Below are positions 10,197-18,862 of a stretch of DNA of 64,000 nt, piece by piece. The number at the start of each line of letters is the position of its first letter. The stretch's first letter is position 1. Location of the stretch: NCBI GenBank assembly GCA_965226795.1, contig CBDDDZ010000002.1:480001-544000 (forward strand), in the 5' to 3' direction. The stretch comes from Candidatus Latescibacterota bacterium (GTDB lineage Bacteria > Latescibacterota > UBA2968 > GCA-2709665). Under the pieces are notes generated by a model that was not told the DNA's origin, did not search any database, and saw nothing but the letters and a program-made list of their open reading frames with translations. A program made the translations under genes and the position numbers.

Positions 10197-10492
10197 TTCT
10201 TAGAATAACTGACGGAGTCTCTCGTGTGAATATATGGTAAGACAATCCTCTATGCGAGTAATGCTGTACTTGGCGATTAATCGGCTAACAGGGATATCCA
10301 TATGCAGGCCTCTAAGAACCTATAGCAGGGGAACGGACTTCATGACATCCGTCGTCGTCGAAGGCGCGGAGAATCAGATCCAAATTGGTACGTAGGGGGC
10401 CTTGACGCAATTGATATCAGGGGGTTTTAATAAATCCACCTCACAAGACCTAATGAAAATGCCCGTAACAGGTTTGTCCCTTCATGAATTCC

Positions 10493-13321
10493 TCAGGATC
10501 CGATTTTGCCAACCTCTGCCCTCCCGTATTTCCGTAGGATATCCTTGATGTCCTCAGGGCTATAGGAAACGTCGGAAACCCACCGCCCGAAGCCCCCGTG
10601 CTGGTTGACGGCATGGGTCCACTGTTCCAATGCACGGCGCTTGGCGCGGCTCTGTTCGTCCGGCTGTCCCTTCGTCTCCAGAACCAGTAGATTCCCTGAC
10701 TTCAGACGGATGATGAAGTCAGGACGGTACTTTCGGACCACTCCCCTATAAACGTAAAGCACCTCAAATCCCAGGTGGTCGTTCTTGACCCATGCATCAA
10801 CTATGGGGTTGTGGTCTAACTCGAACGCTTCCGACGCTTCCCACGTGCTGTCGTACACGCACATGTTAATGTGGCTACGCTCAGAGACGTGGCACGGCTT
10901 GCCGGTGTACCAGGTCGCCACGTTGGCAGTCGAACGGATAGGATGGTCACGGTCAAAGACAGGCTCAAGCCTCTCCGTGTTCTCGATACGTACAGCGTCC
11001 CAAAGGTGCTGCACCACCTTTGTCATATTGAGAGTGATGATGAGCCGCCGAGCAGTGTCGTCCTGGTAGAACAGTGGTGGCGTGATATCAAGTCGATCAG
11101 TTAAGAGAAACTGCTCGACAAGCTTCACCAACTGGGCAATGAGAGACTCCCTGCTGCCCGACCAGGAAGTCTGCATCTGGTCGTAGACATCCCGTGCCGT
11201 TTCGAAGACGATTTTCTGTGTTCTGTACTCTCTCGCTAGCGCTTCCAGGTCAATGCTGGTCACCTTGGAGACGTCGGGTTTCCCGTCCACTATGGGAGCA
11301 AGTTCGGCGACCTGAGCCGTTTCGCTGGCATTGAGGTGAAGAAACTCGACTCGTCCCCAATCCAGAGAAAGGCGTGGCCGGTATACGTGCTCGATGCGAA
11401 TGACGTTGGGCCATTTGATTTCAAACGCAGCTTTTTCGGTCACCGGCTCAATGGCAGTTTTTGGACTTGGAGGTTTCGGCGCTACGCTGCCGTCTGACTC
11501 GTGAGGCAGGAAGGTGAAGGGCACCCCAAATATGTTTACGTACTCCGGCTCGAAAAGGCCGGTCTTGTCGTTCACCTCGTAAGTCGTACGGCGAAGGCCC
11601 CGGCCCACCACCTGCTCACACAGCAATTGGCTGGTGAACGCTCGGAGTCCCATAATGTGGGTAACGGTCTTGGCGTCCCAGCCCTCGGAGAGCATCCCCA
11701 CCGAGATGACGTTCTGTATCTTCTCGCCGGGCTGCCCCGGTCGCCCGACGGTATCCACCATCCTCCTGAGTTGCTCAGCCCTCTGGTCTGCGGTAAGCCT
11801 CAATGACTCAACTCCATTTCCAGATTTGTTTTTATCGTCCGCTTTGATCTGAGCTATCGGCTCCTCTGACTCCTCAGCCCGCTTGAGTACGCCGGAGTCA
11901 ATGTGCAGGGTCTGCTTCTCATTGCAGAGTTCGTCGATCAAGATACGCTTACGGTCAAAGGCGTGCTTGATTCGTGCCGCCGTCTCGGTCCGATTGGCAA
12001 CGGTGATCATCACTGGCGGTGTTTCTTGCTTTGATTTTCGCCACTCTTTGGCAGCCTCTCTCCAGTCGTAGCCAAGCAGGTAATACCCATTGGTCACCAG
12101 ATCAGGTAGTGGCTCGTGGGGCTGCGCACGCCGATTCAAGTCGTCTTTCACATCCGCGTCGTTATATATGTGGTAAAGACGGGACTTGTAGGTCCTTGCA
12201 TCGGGCACTGCATCGTCGCGTATTACTACACGGGGTGTCTTTACCAAGCCCGATTCAATGGCGTCGTTCAGTCCAAAGTCGCTCACGATCCAGTTGAAAA
12301 GGGCCTCATCTGAGCTTTTCTTGCCTGATGGTGCAAAGGGTGTGGCAGAGAAGTCGTAGCAGGTGAGAATGTTGCGCGCACGGTGAATCCGGTCTAATCC
12401 TCCCACCCACTTGGTCGCTTCCTCAATATCGGCCTTGGCGACGCCCTTGACCTTCGACTCGGCCGGAACACGCCAGGCGTGGTGCGCTTCGTCGTTGACG
12501 GCGAGCAGGTTTCGGGCTCCGGCCATCTCGCCCAGCACCTTGCGTACATAGGCCTCGTCGCTCTTGGCTCCTCGTTTGTCCACGCTACGTTTTCTGGCAA
12601 TCTGTTCATCTGTCTCCCAGTTGAGGGCATGCCAGTTGCGTACCATTACCTTTCCTTGGCGGAGTCGATCCAATAAAGGTGAGGGCACGATATGGAAAGC
12701 CTCGTAGTAGTTTTCGGGATTGGATGGTTCCAGGACCGCGAGGCGGCTTCTGACGGTGAGACCGGGGGCAACGACCAGCACATTCTTGGCAAAGCGGTTG
12801 TCCTGGGGATAGGCGACCTTGTTGAGAATGTGCCACGCGATCACCATAGCCATAACTACTGTTTTACCGGTTCCCGTCGCCATCTTGGCACATAACCGGC
12901 GGAACTCGCCGCCGTCACCGGGAATCTCTATCCCCACCTTTTCACTATCGGGCGCTTCAGTCAGCCAAATCAGCGTCGCTACGGCCTCGAGTTGGCAGAA
13001 GAAGAACCGCCGGTTCTCGAACTCTTCCGAGTCCGTCCAATGCTCCAAAAGGCGTTTGGTGATTGCTGTCACGCCAGGATAGCTGGCTTCTCGCCATGAC
13101 TTTACACGTGGCCGAATCTGATTGACCAGAGGGATTTCAACGAACACACCCGGGTCGTCGAAGGTCTTGGAGTCCGCCGACGCAATGAGGTAACCCGCAG
13201 ACCGACGACCCTCCGATCGTGAGAACGTCCGCCTCTCCCGGTTATAGCTCCAGTGCTCCGCTGGTTCAGCATAAGGCCCATTGATGATGAGCCGGTCTAT
13301 TGCGGCCTGTTCTTCAACCAT
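10493..13321 (-). CDS. res: Type III restriction endonuclease Res subunit (SF2 helicase + PD-(D/E)xK)
   Basis: KMATGTGKT, NDEAHH, SATP, LSEGWD, QVVGRGLR, YRPDF..LETKG. Confidence 0.9.
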   Translation of the reverse strand: MVEEQAAIDRLIINGPYAEPAEHWSYNRERRTFSRSEGRRSAGYLIASADSKTFDDPGVFVEIPLVNQIRPRVKSWREASYPGVTAITKRLLEHWTDSEEFENRRFFFCQLEAVATLIWLTEAPDSEKVGIEIPGDGGEFRRLCAKMATGTGKTVVMAMVIAWHILNKVAYPQDNRFAKNVLVVAPGLTVRSRLAVLEPSNPENYYEAFHIVPSPLLDRLRQGKVMVRNWHALNWETDEQIARKRSVDKRGAKSDEAYVRKVLGEMAGARNLLAVNDEAHHAWRVPAESKVKGVAKADIEEATKWVGGLDRIHRARNILTCYDFSATPFAPSGKKSSDEALFNWIVSDFGLNDAIESGLVKTPRVVIRDDAVPDARTYKSRLYHIYNDADVKDDLNRRAQPHEPLPDLVTNGYYLLGYDWREAAKEWRKSKQETPPVMITVANRTETAARIKHAFDRKRILIDELCNEKQTLHIDSGVLKRAEESEEPIAQIKADDKNKSGNGVESLRLTADQRAEQLRRMVDTVGRPGQPGEKIQNVISVGMLSEGWDAKTVTHIMGLRAFTSQLLCEQVVGRGLRRTTYEVNDKTGLFEPEYVNIFGVPFTFLPHESDGSVAPKPPSPKTAIEPVTEKAAFEIKWPNVIRIEHVYRPRLSLDWGRVEFLHLNASETAQVAELAPIVDGKPDVSKVTSIDLEALAREYRTQKIVFETARDVYDQMQTSWSGSRESLIAQLVKLVEQFLLTDRLDITPPLFYQDDTARRLIITLNMTKVVQHLWDAVRIENTERLEPVFDRDHPIRSTANVATWYTGKPCHVSERSHINMCVYDSTWEASEAFELDHNPIVDAWVKNDHLGFEVLYVYRGVVRKYRPDFIIRLKSGNLLVLETKGQPDEQSRAKRRALEQWTHAVNQHGGFGRWVSDVSYSPEDIKDILRKYGRAEVGKIGS

Positions 13322-13377
13322 GCTTTTTTTCTCTTATAGAGCGACCTTAGGGTGCCTGTGAAAGCCACTACGATTTG

Positions 13378-13911
13378 CTAAATCCTATCGTGGGCTTCTT
13401 GTGAGGTAAGGATTTCCGCGCCTTGGGGGCGCAGTTTCTTGGAATTCCTTAATAGACGCTGACGTCTTGTGGGGTCTCCGCGTTCCCTTTCAGGACCAAT
13501 AACGATGTGGACCTCGTCATTGGAAATAAGTACCGTCCCTTGGGATAAAGCGACATAGACGAATATACAGTCAAGGGCTTCAGACTTTTCAATGATGACC
13601 TTTCGTATAGCCTTCATCAGCGTGTCAGTCCAATTGATCGTAATTCTCAAACGAGGCGCATCTCGTATCCAATAACGCAGAATGTATACCTCGTTTCGCA
13701 AGTCGTCAGTATGTCGAATTATGGGTCCGATACGATCGTTATATTCTCCTGAGATGCGTTTTCCATCATCAATTAGCAGTGCGACGCGTTGCGCCATGAG
13801 ATGTACCAACAGCGTATTTATGTGTCCATCGACGTTGATTTGTGGATTCAGCAGATGCTCGAAGATGTTGGTGTCTATGCTCAAAGCATCCCGAAACGTT
13901 GGGGTCGTCAT
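13378..13911 (-). CDS. PIN-like domain protein
   Basis: SIDTNIF at N-terminus; later D..FVYVA...LISND; ATGA overlap with upstream ATPase. Confidence 0.6.
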   Translation of the reverse strand: MTTPTFRDALSIDTNIFEHLLNPQINVDGHINTLLVHLMAQRVALLIDDGKRISGEYNDRIGPIIRHTDDLRNEVYILRYWIRDAPRLRITINWTDTLMKAIRKVIIEKSEALDCIFVYVALSQGTVLISNDEVHIVIGPERERGDPTRRQRLLRNSKKLRPQGAEILTSQEAHDRI

Positions 13912-15227
13912 TTCCCTGCCCCAAGCTGCAGACCTTCTAAAATGTCTGCTCCGAAGAATTCCATTGGCAAACCGGCTTCCATCGAACCATCCTCGTTGAC
14001 GTCCAGATTCTTGACGATGGGCATGTTGTGGTTGCTATCGTCGAAGGTAAAGAAAGCCACCGATACGTCATCCGGTGAGAGCTCTCCATTGGCTATCACA
14101 CGTCGCAACCTGAGAAGCACGTTGCTACTATGGGTTTCTATAACTGAACCCACATTCCGCCGCTTCCAGAGATCGGCAAAGAAGCTACCCAGTTCCAGTT
14201 GCGCTGTGGGGTGAAGCTGAGCTTCCGGCTGCTCCACCATCAACGTAGTATAGCGAGGCATGATAACGCCTTGAACAAAGATGGGAAGGCATTGGCTGAC
14301 GCCAAATCCGTAGTCAGCGATATGTACATCCGCCTCGGTAGTAATGTTCTTCGCGAAAGCTTGACTAACGTATCCTGATAAAGCCTTGAAATTGACTTTG
14401 TCTATACCTGCCACGCTTCTAAGGTACGGCACTATGAACTCGTATGCTTCCTGGTTCTCAGATGTTATTTTATGCAGATGTGCCAAAGCAAATTCACCCA
14501 TTGTGCCCACATTATCAACAGGGGGAGGAGATACGACAGCAACTCGCTGCGGTTCAGTTCTAACTGGGAGAAGATGCCGTAGTGAATCGATTTGATGCTT
14601 TAGCGTACCAATCACTTGCAACTCTATAGCATATCGCAAGAAAGACGTCGTACGTTGTTCCATCAGTTCAATTAACTGTTCGTGTGATCCGGCGAAGTCA
14701 TCTGGACTTGGGAATGGTTCCGCCAACTCAGGGTCAGACGCATGTTGTCCAAAGACTGAATCATCTAATATCTTCGAGTCAATCCGAAGGAGGGTTTCAC
14801 CTGAGGTCTCATCGGACAAACAGAAAGATGCTTCGCCGATGCTAGCCTTTCTGCCATACGAAACGCTGGCGCTGGCCCTGTAGACGAGCCTGTTGCCGTC
14901 AAAGTCTTCAGGTAAGTCTAGATCCGTCAATAGCGTCTTGTTTGGCCGGATGTTCGTATTCTTCGCTGCTAGCTCAAACCTGAGACTCCTTTTCCTCGTC
15001 ACCGTGTTCTTCAGCGCCGAGAATACTCCCAAATTGACCTTATCGCCTTCTGCGGTGAGGAACTGAGACCTGGCGGAGTCCATCGACTGCTGCAACATAA
15101 GCAGAAACTTTATGATCGACGACTTCCCTGAACTATTGCGGCCTATGAGGACAGTAATGGGTCGGAACCGAATCTTGACTTCATCGTCGAAAACTCTAAA
15201 GTTTGAGAGCTTTAGGACTGTTAGCAT
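13908..15227 (-). CDS. ABC-type ATPase (AAA_21 / DUF3696-like)
   Basis: LSNFRVF, Walker A GRNSSGKS, signature GFGVSQCLP, Walker B VEQPEAQLHP, H-loop ETHS. Confidence 0.85.
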   Translation of the reverse strand: MLTVLKLSNFRVFDDEVKIRFRPITVLIGRNSSGKSSIIKFLLMLQQSMDSARSQFLTAEGDKVNLGVFSALKNTVTRKRSLRFELAAKNTNIRPNKTLLTDLDLPEDFDGNRLVYRASASVSYGRKASIGEASFCLSDETSGETLLRIDSKILDDSVFGQHASDPELAEPFPSPDDFAGSHEQLIELMEQRTTSFLRYAIELQVIGTLKHQIDSLRHLLPVRTEPQRVAVVSPPPVDNVGTMGEFALAHLHKITSENQEAYEFIVPYLRSVAGIDKVNFKALSGYVSQAFAKNITTEADVHIADYGFGVSQCLPIFVQGVIMPRYTTLMVEQPEAQLHPTAQLELGSFFADLWKRRNVGSVIETHSSNVLLRLRRVIANGELSPDDVSVAFFTFDDSNHNMPIVKNLDVNEDGSMEAGLPMEFFGADILEGLQLGAGK

Positions 15228-15238
15228 TACTATTTCCC

Positions 15239-17839
15239 TCAGACTGATATGATGCGAAGGCTCTCGATGCCTCGGTCGTCGACTATTTTGACGGCGATGC
15301 GCTGGTTGTCTCCCAGTTCGAAGGGCAGAGAGACCGTTCCACGGTACGCTACGATTAGATCTCGGTCTATCTCCGCCTTGAGATTCTTCGCAAGGCGCGC
15401 CCACCCGTCGTTCTGGCCGCCCATTGGGAAGAACACTTGACGAGGAAACAAGCTACGGCCGTCATAGTCCGAGTCCAGCATCCACATCGCGATTTTATCT
15501 TCTCCGCCCGATTCTACGTCGCCAGTCTTAGTATTGTAATAGTCGAATCCCTGTACTGCTATTTGCCACATCCCAGTGTTCTGACCCTTGCCAATTTGAT
15601 GCACGAAGACGTCCGGCTGCCCGATGAGCCAGAAGCTCTCATTGCTGACCCGTTTGCGCTTCAGATCCCCAGTCAGCAGGTCGGCATTCATCTGCGCCTT
15701 CAGCAGGGCGATGCCCGGCCATTTGGTCTCGTCGATATCCTTGGCCGCTTCGGGGTCGAATTGGAAGGCGGCGAAGACGATGACCCTGGGGCTCGGCCTA
15801 AGCGTTTCGGCTTCCTGGAGGGCATGGTTCACCTGCCGTTGCTCCAATGGCGCGTGATCGGGTCCGAAAGACACGACAATACGCTGGGCTGCTTGCGCCG
15901 AACCTTCCCGTACCGTGTCAGCGCCGTCCTTGTTGGGCAGGCTCTCGCCGTCCGCGTGAAGGTAGCGATAGCCCGGCAAGGGTTCCAAACGTGCAAAGCG
16001 GATGAACTGCCTCGCCTTGCCCCGGATCCCCGTCCTCAAAAGCTCGTCCCGCCAGTCCGCCTGGCGCAGCGTTTCGCCGGAGCGGGCCACCGTGTCATCG
16101 GCGGGCAGAGGCTCGGCGTCGTCAACGTCGTCGATGGGCTTCACCGCCGGGGCAGGCACGGCCTCGACGCTGAAGGGGCCGGTGACCCGCTTCTTGCCGG
16201 TATCCACCGATGGCTGGTCACACAGCGTCTCCTGGGGGGCGTGTCGGGCTATGGCCGCGTCGATCTCGGCTTGGCTCAGGCCTTCCTTGATTTCCGGGTT
16301 GTTGGCGATAGAGCCCAGAGTAATGTGTGGTACGGTCTTGTAGTTGAAGCCGCTGCCCACCCCCTCGGTAGGATGCGCTAGCTTGTAGTAGTTGAAGAAG
16401 GCGGTCATCAGCCGCTGCTTGGCAAGAGCTACGGCCACGCGGGAGGTGTCGCAGGTGATCCACCGGCGCCCCCACTGCTCGGCGACGTAGGCGGTGGTGC
16501 CGGAGCCGCAGGTCGGGTCGAACACCAGGTCACCGGGGTCGGTGGTCATAAGGAGGCACCGCTCAATGACTTTAGATGAAGTCTGTACCGCAAAGGTCTT
16601 ACCGATAGCCCCTTGGGTGTCCGTCCATTGATTGGTGATCTGCATTACGGGATAATCGTCAGCAAAGAAAACATACCCCGGCACGTGCGTTAGCCAACGG
16701 ACACGTCTAGCTGCGAGTAGGCGCTCCATTCCCTGTGGCGTCGTCTTCCAACTTGTCGCCGGATTGGGATATGCCCGCCGCCCGTCCAAATAGAATTCGA
16801 AATGGCACGATTCAGTGTATCCAGTCGCCATTAAGTCTGTGAGTCTGAAATAACGAACAGAGTCGTTCTCGGATTCGGAAACTTCGGACGCTTTTACCAC
16901 GCGACCGTCTTTCAAGAGTGCGTTAGAAAACTGCGTATTCTCTCCGTAATCTCGGGCGCTGAATAGTCGTCGAAACTTCACCTTTCCTTTGTTTTTTGCG
17001 TACCAGACCAGGGAATCAGCTATGTTGGGCAAGTATGCGGCGTTTAGGGGAATTTTCGTCCTAAATGAAATTTGGGACATAAATTGCCCAGGGCCAAATA
17101 GCTCATCCATAAGTGCCCGAACAAGATGAACATTCTCATCTCCTATCTGCACAAACACACTTCCGCTCTCGGTCAGCAACTCCCGGGCCAGCAGCAGGCG
17201 GTCCCGCAGGTAGGACAGGTAAGAGTGGATGCCCAGTTCCCAGGTGTCTCGGAAGGCCTTGATGGTCTCCGGCTCCTGGGTCAGGTCTTCATCCCGGCCA
17301 TCTCGAACGTTGCGCCGGTTGACGAAGGGCTGGAAGTTGGAGCCGTACCGGATGCCGTAGGGCGGGTCGATGTAGACCATCTGCACCTTGCCCGCCATGC
17401 CCTCTTTTTCCAGAAGGCTGTTCATCACCAGCAGGCTGTCGCCAGCCACCAGGCGGTTGGTCCAGTTGTGGCGGTGCTGGTAGAACTCGATGGCGCTGCG
17501 GACCGGCGGGTTCTCTTCCGGCAGTTCGAACAGACTGCCCTGTACGGGGCCACAATTGTCGTCTTGCTTGCGGGCGGCCTCGATAATGGTGCGGGGGTCG
17601 ATGCGTTCGTGAACGTGGAGCGACACCGTGGGCACCGCGAAGGAGGTGTGCTCGGCCTTCCCCGACCACTGCAGCTGCGGGTCCAGGTGAGGGTCATAGG
17701 CATAGGTCTTCCGCCCCGTCTCCGAATCGGTCTCAGGCGTAACCAAGCCGACAGGCGGGTTGTTCAGCCGCTCCTTGTCCCGGTGGTCATAGGACTCAAT
17801 AGGGCGTTTGGATCGGCGCGTGCGTCGTCGTGCAATCAT
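15239..17839 (-). CDS. mod: Type III R-M DNA methyltransferase Mod
   Basis: YIDPPY, YLRDRL, FDPTCGSGTT; long C-terminal extension ending VKIVDDRGIES. Confidence 0.9.
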   Translation of the reverse strand: MIARRRTRRSKRPIESYDHRDKERLNNPPVGLVTPETDSETGRKTYAYDPHLDPQLQWSGKAEHTSFAVPTVSLHVHERIDPRTIIEAARKQDDNCGPVQGSLFELPEENPPVRSAIEFYQHRHNWTNRLVAGDSLLVMNSLLEKEGMAGKVQMVYIDPPYGIRYGSNFQPFVNRRNVRDGRDEDLTQEPETIKAFRDTWELGIHSYLSYLRDRLLLARELLTESGSVFVQIGDENVHLVRALMDELFGPGQFMSQISFRTKIPLNAAYLPNIADSLVWYAKNKGKVKFRRLFSARDYGENTQFSNALLKDGRVVKASEVSESENDSVRYFRLTDLMATGYTESCHFEFYLDGRRAYPNPATSWKTTPQGMERLLAARRVRWLTHVPGYVFFADDYPVMQITNQWTDTQGAIGKTFAVQTSSKVIERCLLMTTDPGDLVFDPTCGSGTTAYVAEQWGRRWITCDTSRVAVALAKQRLMTAFFNYYKLAHPTEGVGSGFNYKTVPHITLGSIANNPEIKEGLSQAEIDAAIARHAPQETLCDQPSVDTGKKRVTGPFSVEAVPAPAVKPIDDVDDAEPLPADDTVARSGETLRQADWRDELLRTGIRGKARQFIRFARLEPLPGYRYLHADGESLPNKDGADTVREGSAQAAQRIVVSFGPDHAPLEQRQVNHALQEAETLRPSPRVIVFAAFQFDPEAAKDIDETKWPGIALLKAQMNADLLTGDLKRKRVSNESFWLIGQPDVFVHQIGKGQNTGMWQIAVQGFDYYNTKTGDVESGGEDKIAMWMLDSDYDGRSLFPRQVFFPMGGQNDGWARLAKNLKAEIDRDLIVAYRGTVSLPFELGDNQRIAVKIVDDRGIESLRIISV

Positions 17840-18220
17840 GTGCTCCTAAGGGGCTATTCGACTACCGGCCATTGCGTTCTTGCCTGAATCATTCATGAAT
17901 TTTGTTATTTAGAGCAATATTGGAAGAAATGTGTTGTGCGCGGCCATTTTTGTTTCGGTAGCGTCGGATTTTGGCTCTTGAGGTCGGAGGGTGCTGTCTC
18001 AATGGGTATGGAGGTATGTTCAGCGCGTAATGATCCCGCGGCGTTGCTGTGGTCGTGGGTTTAGGATGCCTTGTCGTACTCGCCCGGCAGACGGCGATGT
18101 ATGGAGATCGCCAGTTCACAGCCGTGAATTCTCGCGTTGTCAGTGACTAGCGTTTCTGGGGAGGTCGCCAGAAATCTTGACGCTTGCAGCTTCTCCATGA
18201 GTATTTCGGGTCCGTTTTTC

Positions 18221-18862
18221 CTACCCAAGCGGGTCGCCGCCGCCGAAAAGGTCTTCGCCTTCTTCGGCGGTTTCTTCTTTGTTCGAGATGCCCCAGATCA
18301 GGCCGTGGGGATCCAGTTCGTTCAGAGGGGGGCCGTCGTAATCCGGTTGCAGTTCGTTCCCGCAGATGGGACAGCAGGCGTACGAGGGATGGTACAGGAC
18401 GTCGCTGTTACAGGTTTTGCAGGTTTTTACCAGTGTGTCCAGCTTTTCTCCGCAGCGCACGCAGTGCTGAAAGTAACCGTCGTAGGGCGTGCTTTTCCCG
18501 CACCCGGAGCAGGTCACCACGTCGTGCAGGCCCAGTTTGTCCGCCGGGGGCTGTTCGACTGACACCGCGTGCCGGTCAGGTACGGAAACGTATTCGGCCT
18601 TGAATGTCTGAAACTTTTCGCGGATCTGGCTGGTTTGAACGCCCAGGTATTTTTCTGATATCGTAATGGTGAAAACCAGGTTGGGCGAGATACCCAGGAA
18701 GTGGATGAGGTCTCGCGTGTTCCAATCCCGCTGTTCGACGATGGTGGCCTTGTGGGTTTCACACAGGCTGAGGAAGTCCTGGATTTTTTTCCGGTTTTCC
18801 CGCCGGCGATTATTGTCTTCCCGTTCAAATTCGTACAGGGTGCCGAAGTCGATACGGATCAT
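18221..18862 (-). CDS. Hypothetical protein with double zinc ribbon
   Basis: Four CxxC pairs (CSGC, CVRC, CKTC, CPIC); ATGA overlap with uvrA. Confidence 0.7.
   Translation of the reverse strand: MIRIDFGTLYEFEREDNNRRRENRKKIQDFLSLCETHKATIVEQRDWNTRDLIHFLGISPNLVFTITISEKYLGVQTSQIREKFQTFKAEYVSVPDRHAVSVEQPPADKLGLHDVVTCSGCGKSTPYDGYFQHCVRCGEKLDTLVKTCKTCNSDVLYHPSYACCPICGNELQPDYDGPPLNELDPHGLIWGISNKEETAEEGEDLFGGGDPLG

Noticed and set aside
8445..10490. Possible decayed res 3'-end copies flanking the GTPase pair (8460-8500, 10290-10330)
   Set aside because: Only a few short word matches; not distinguishable from chance by eye
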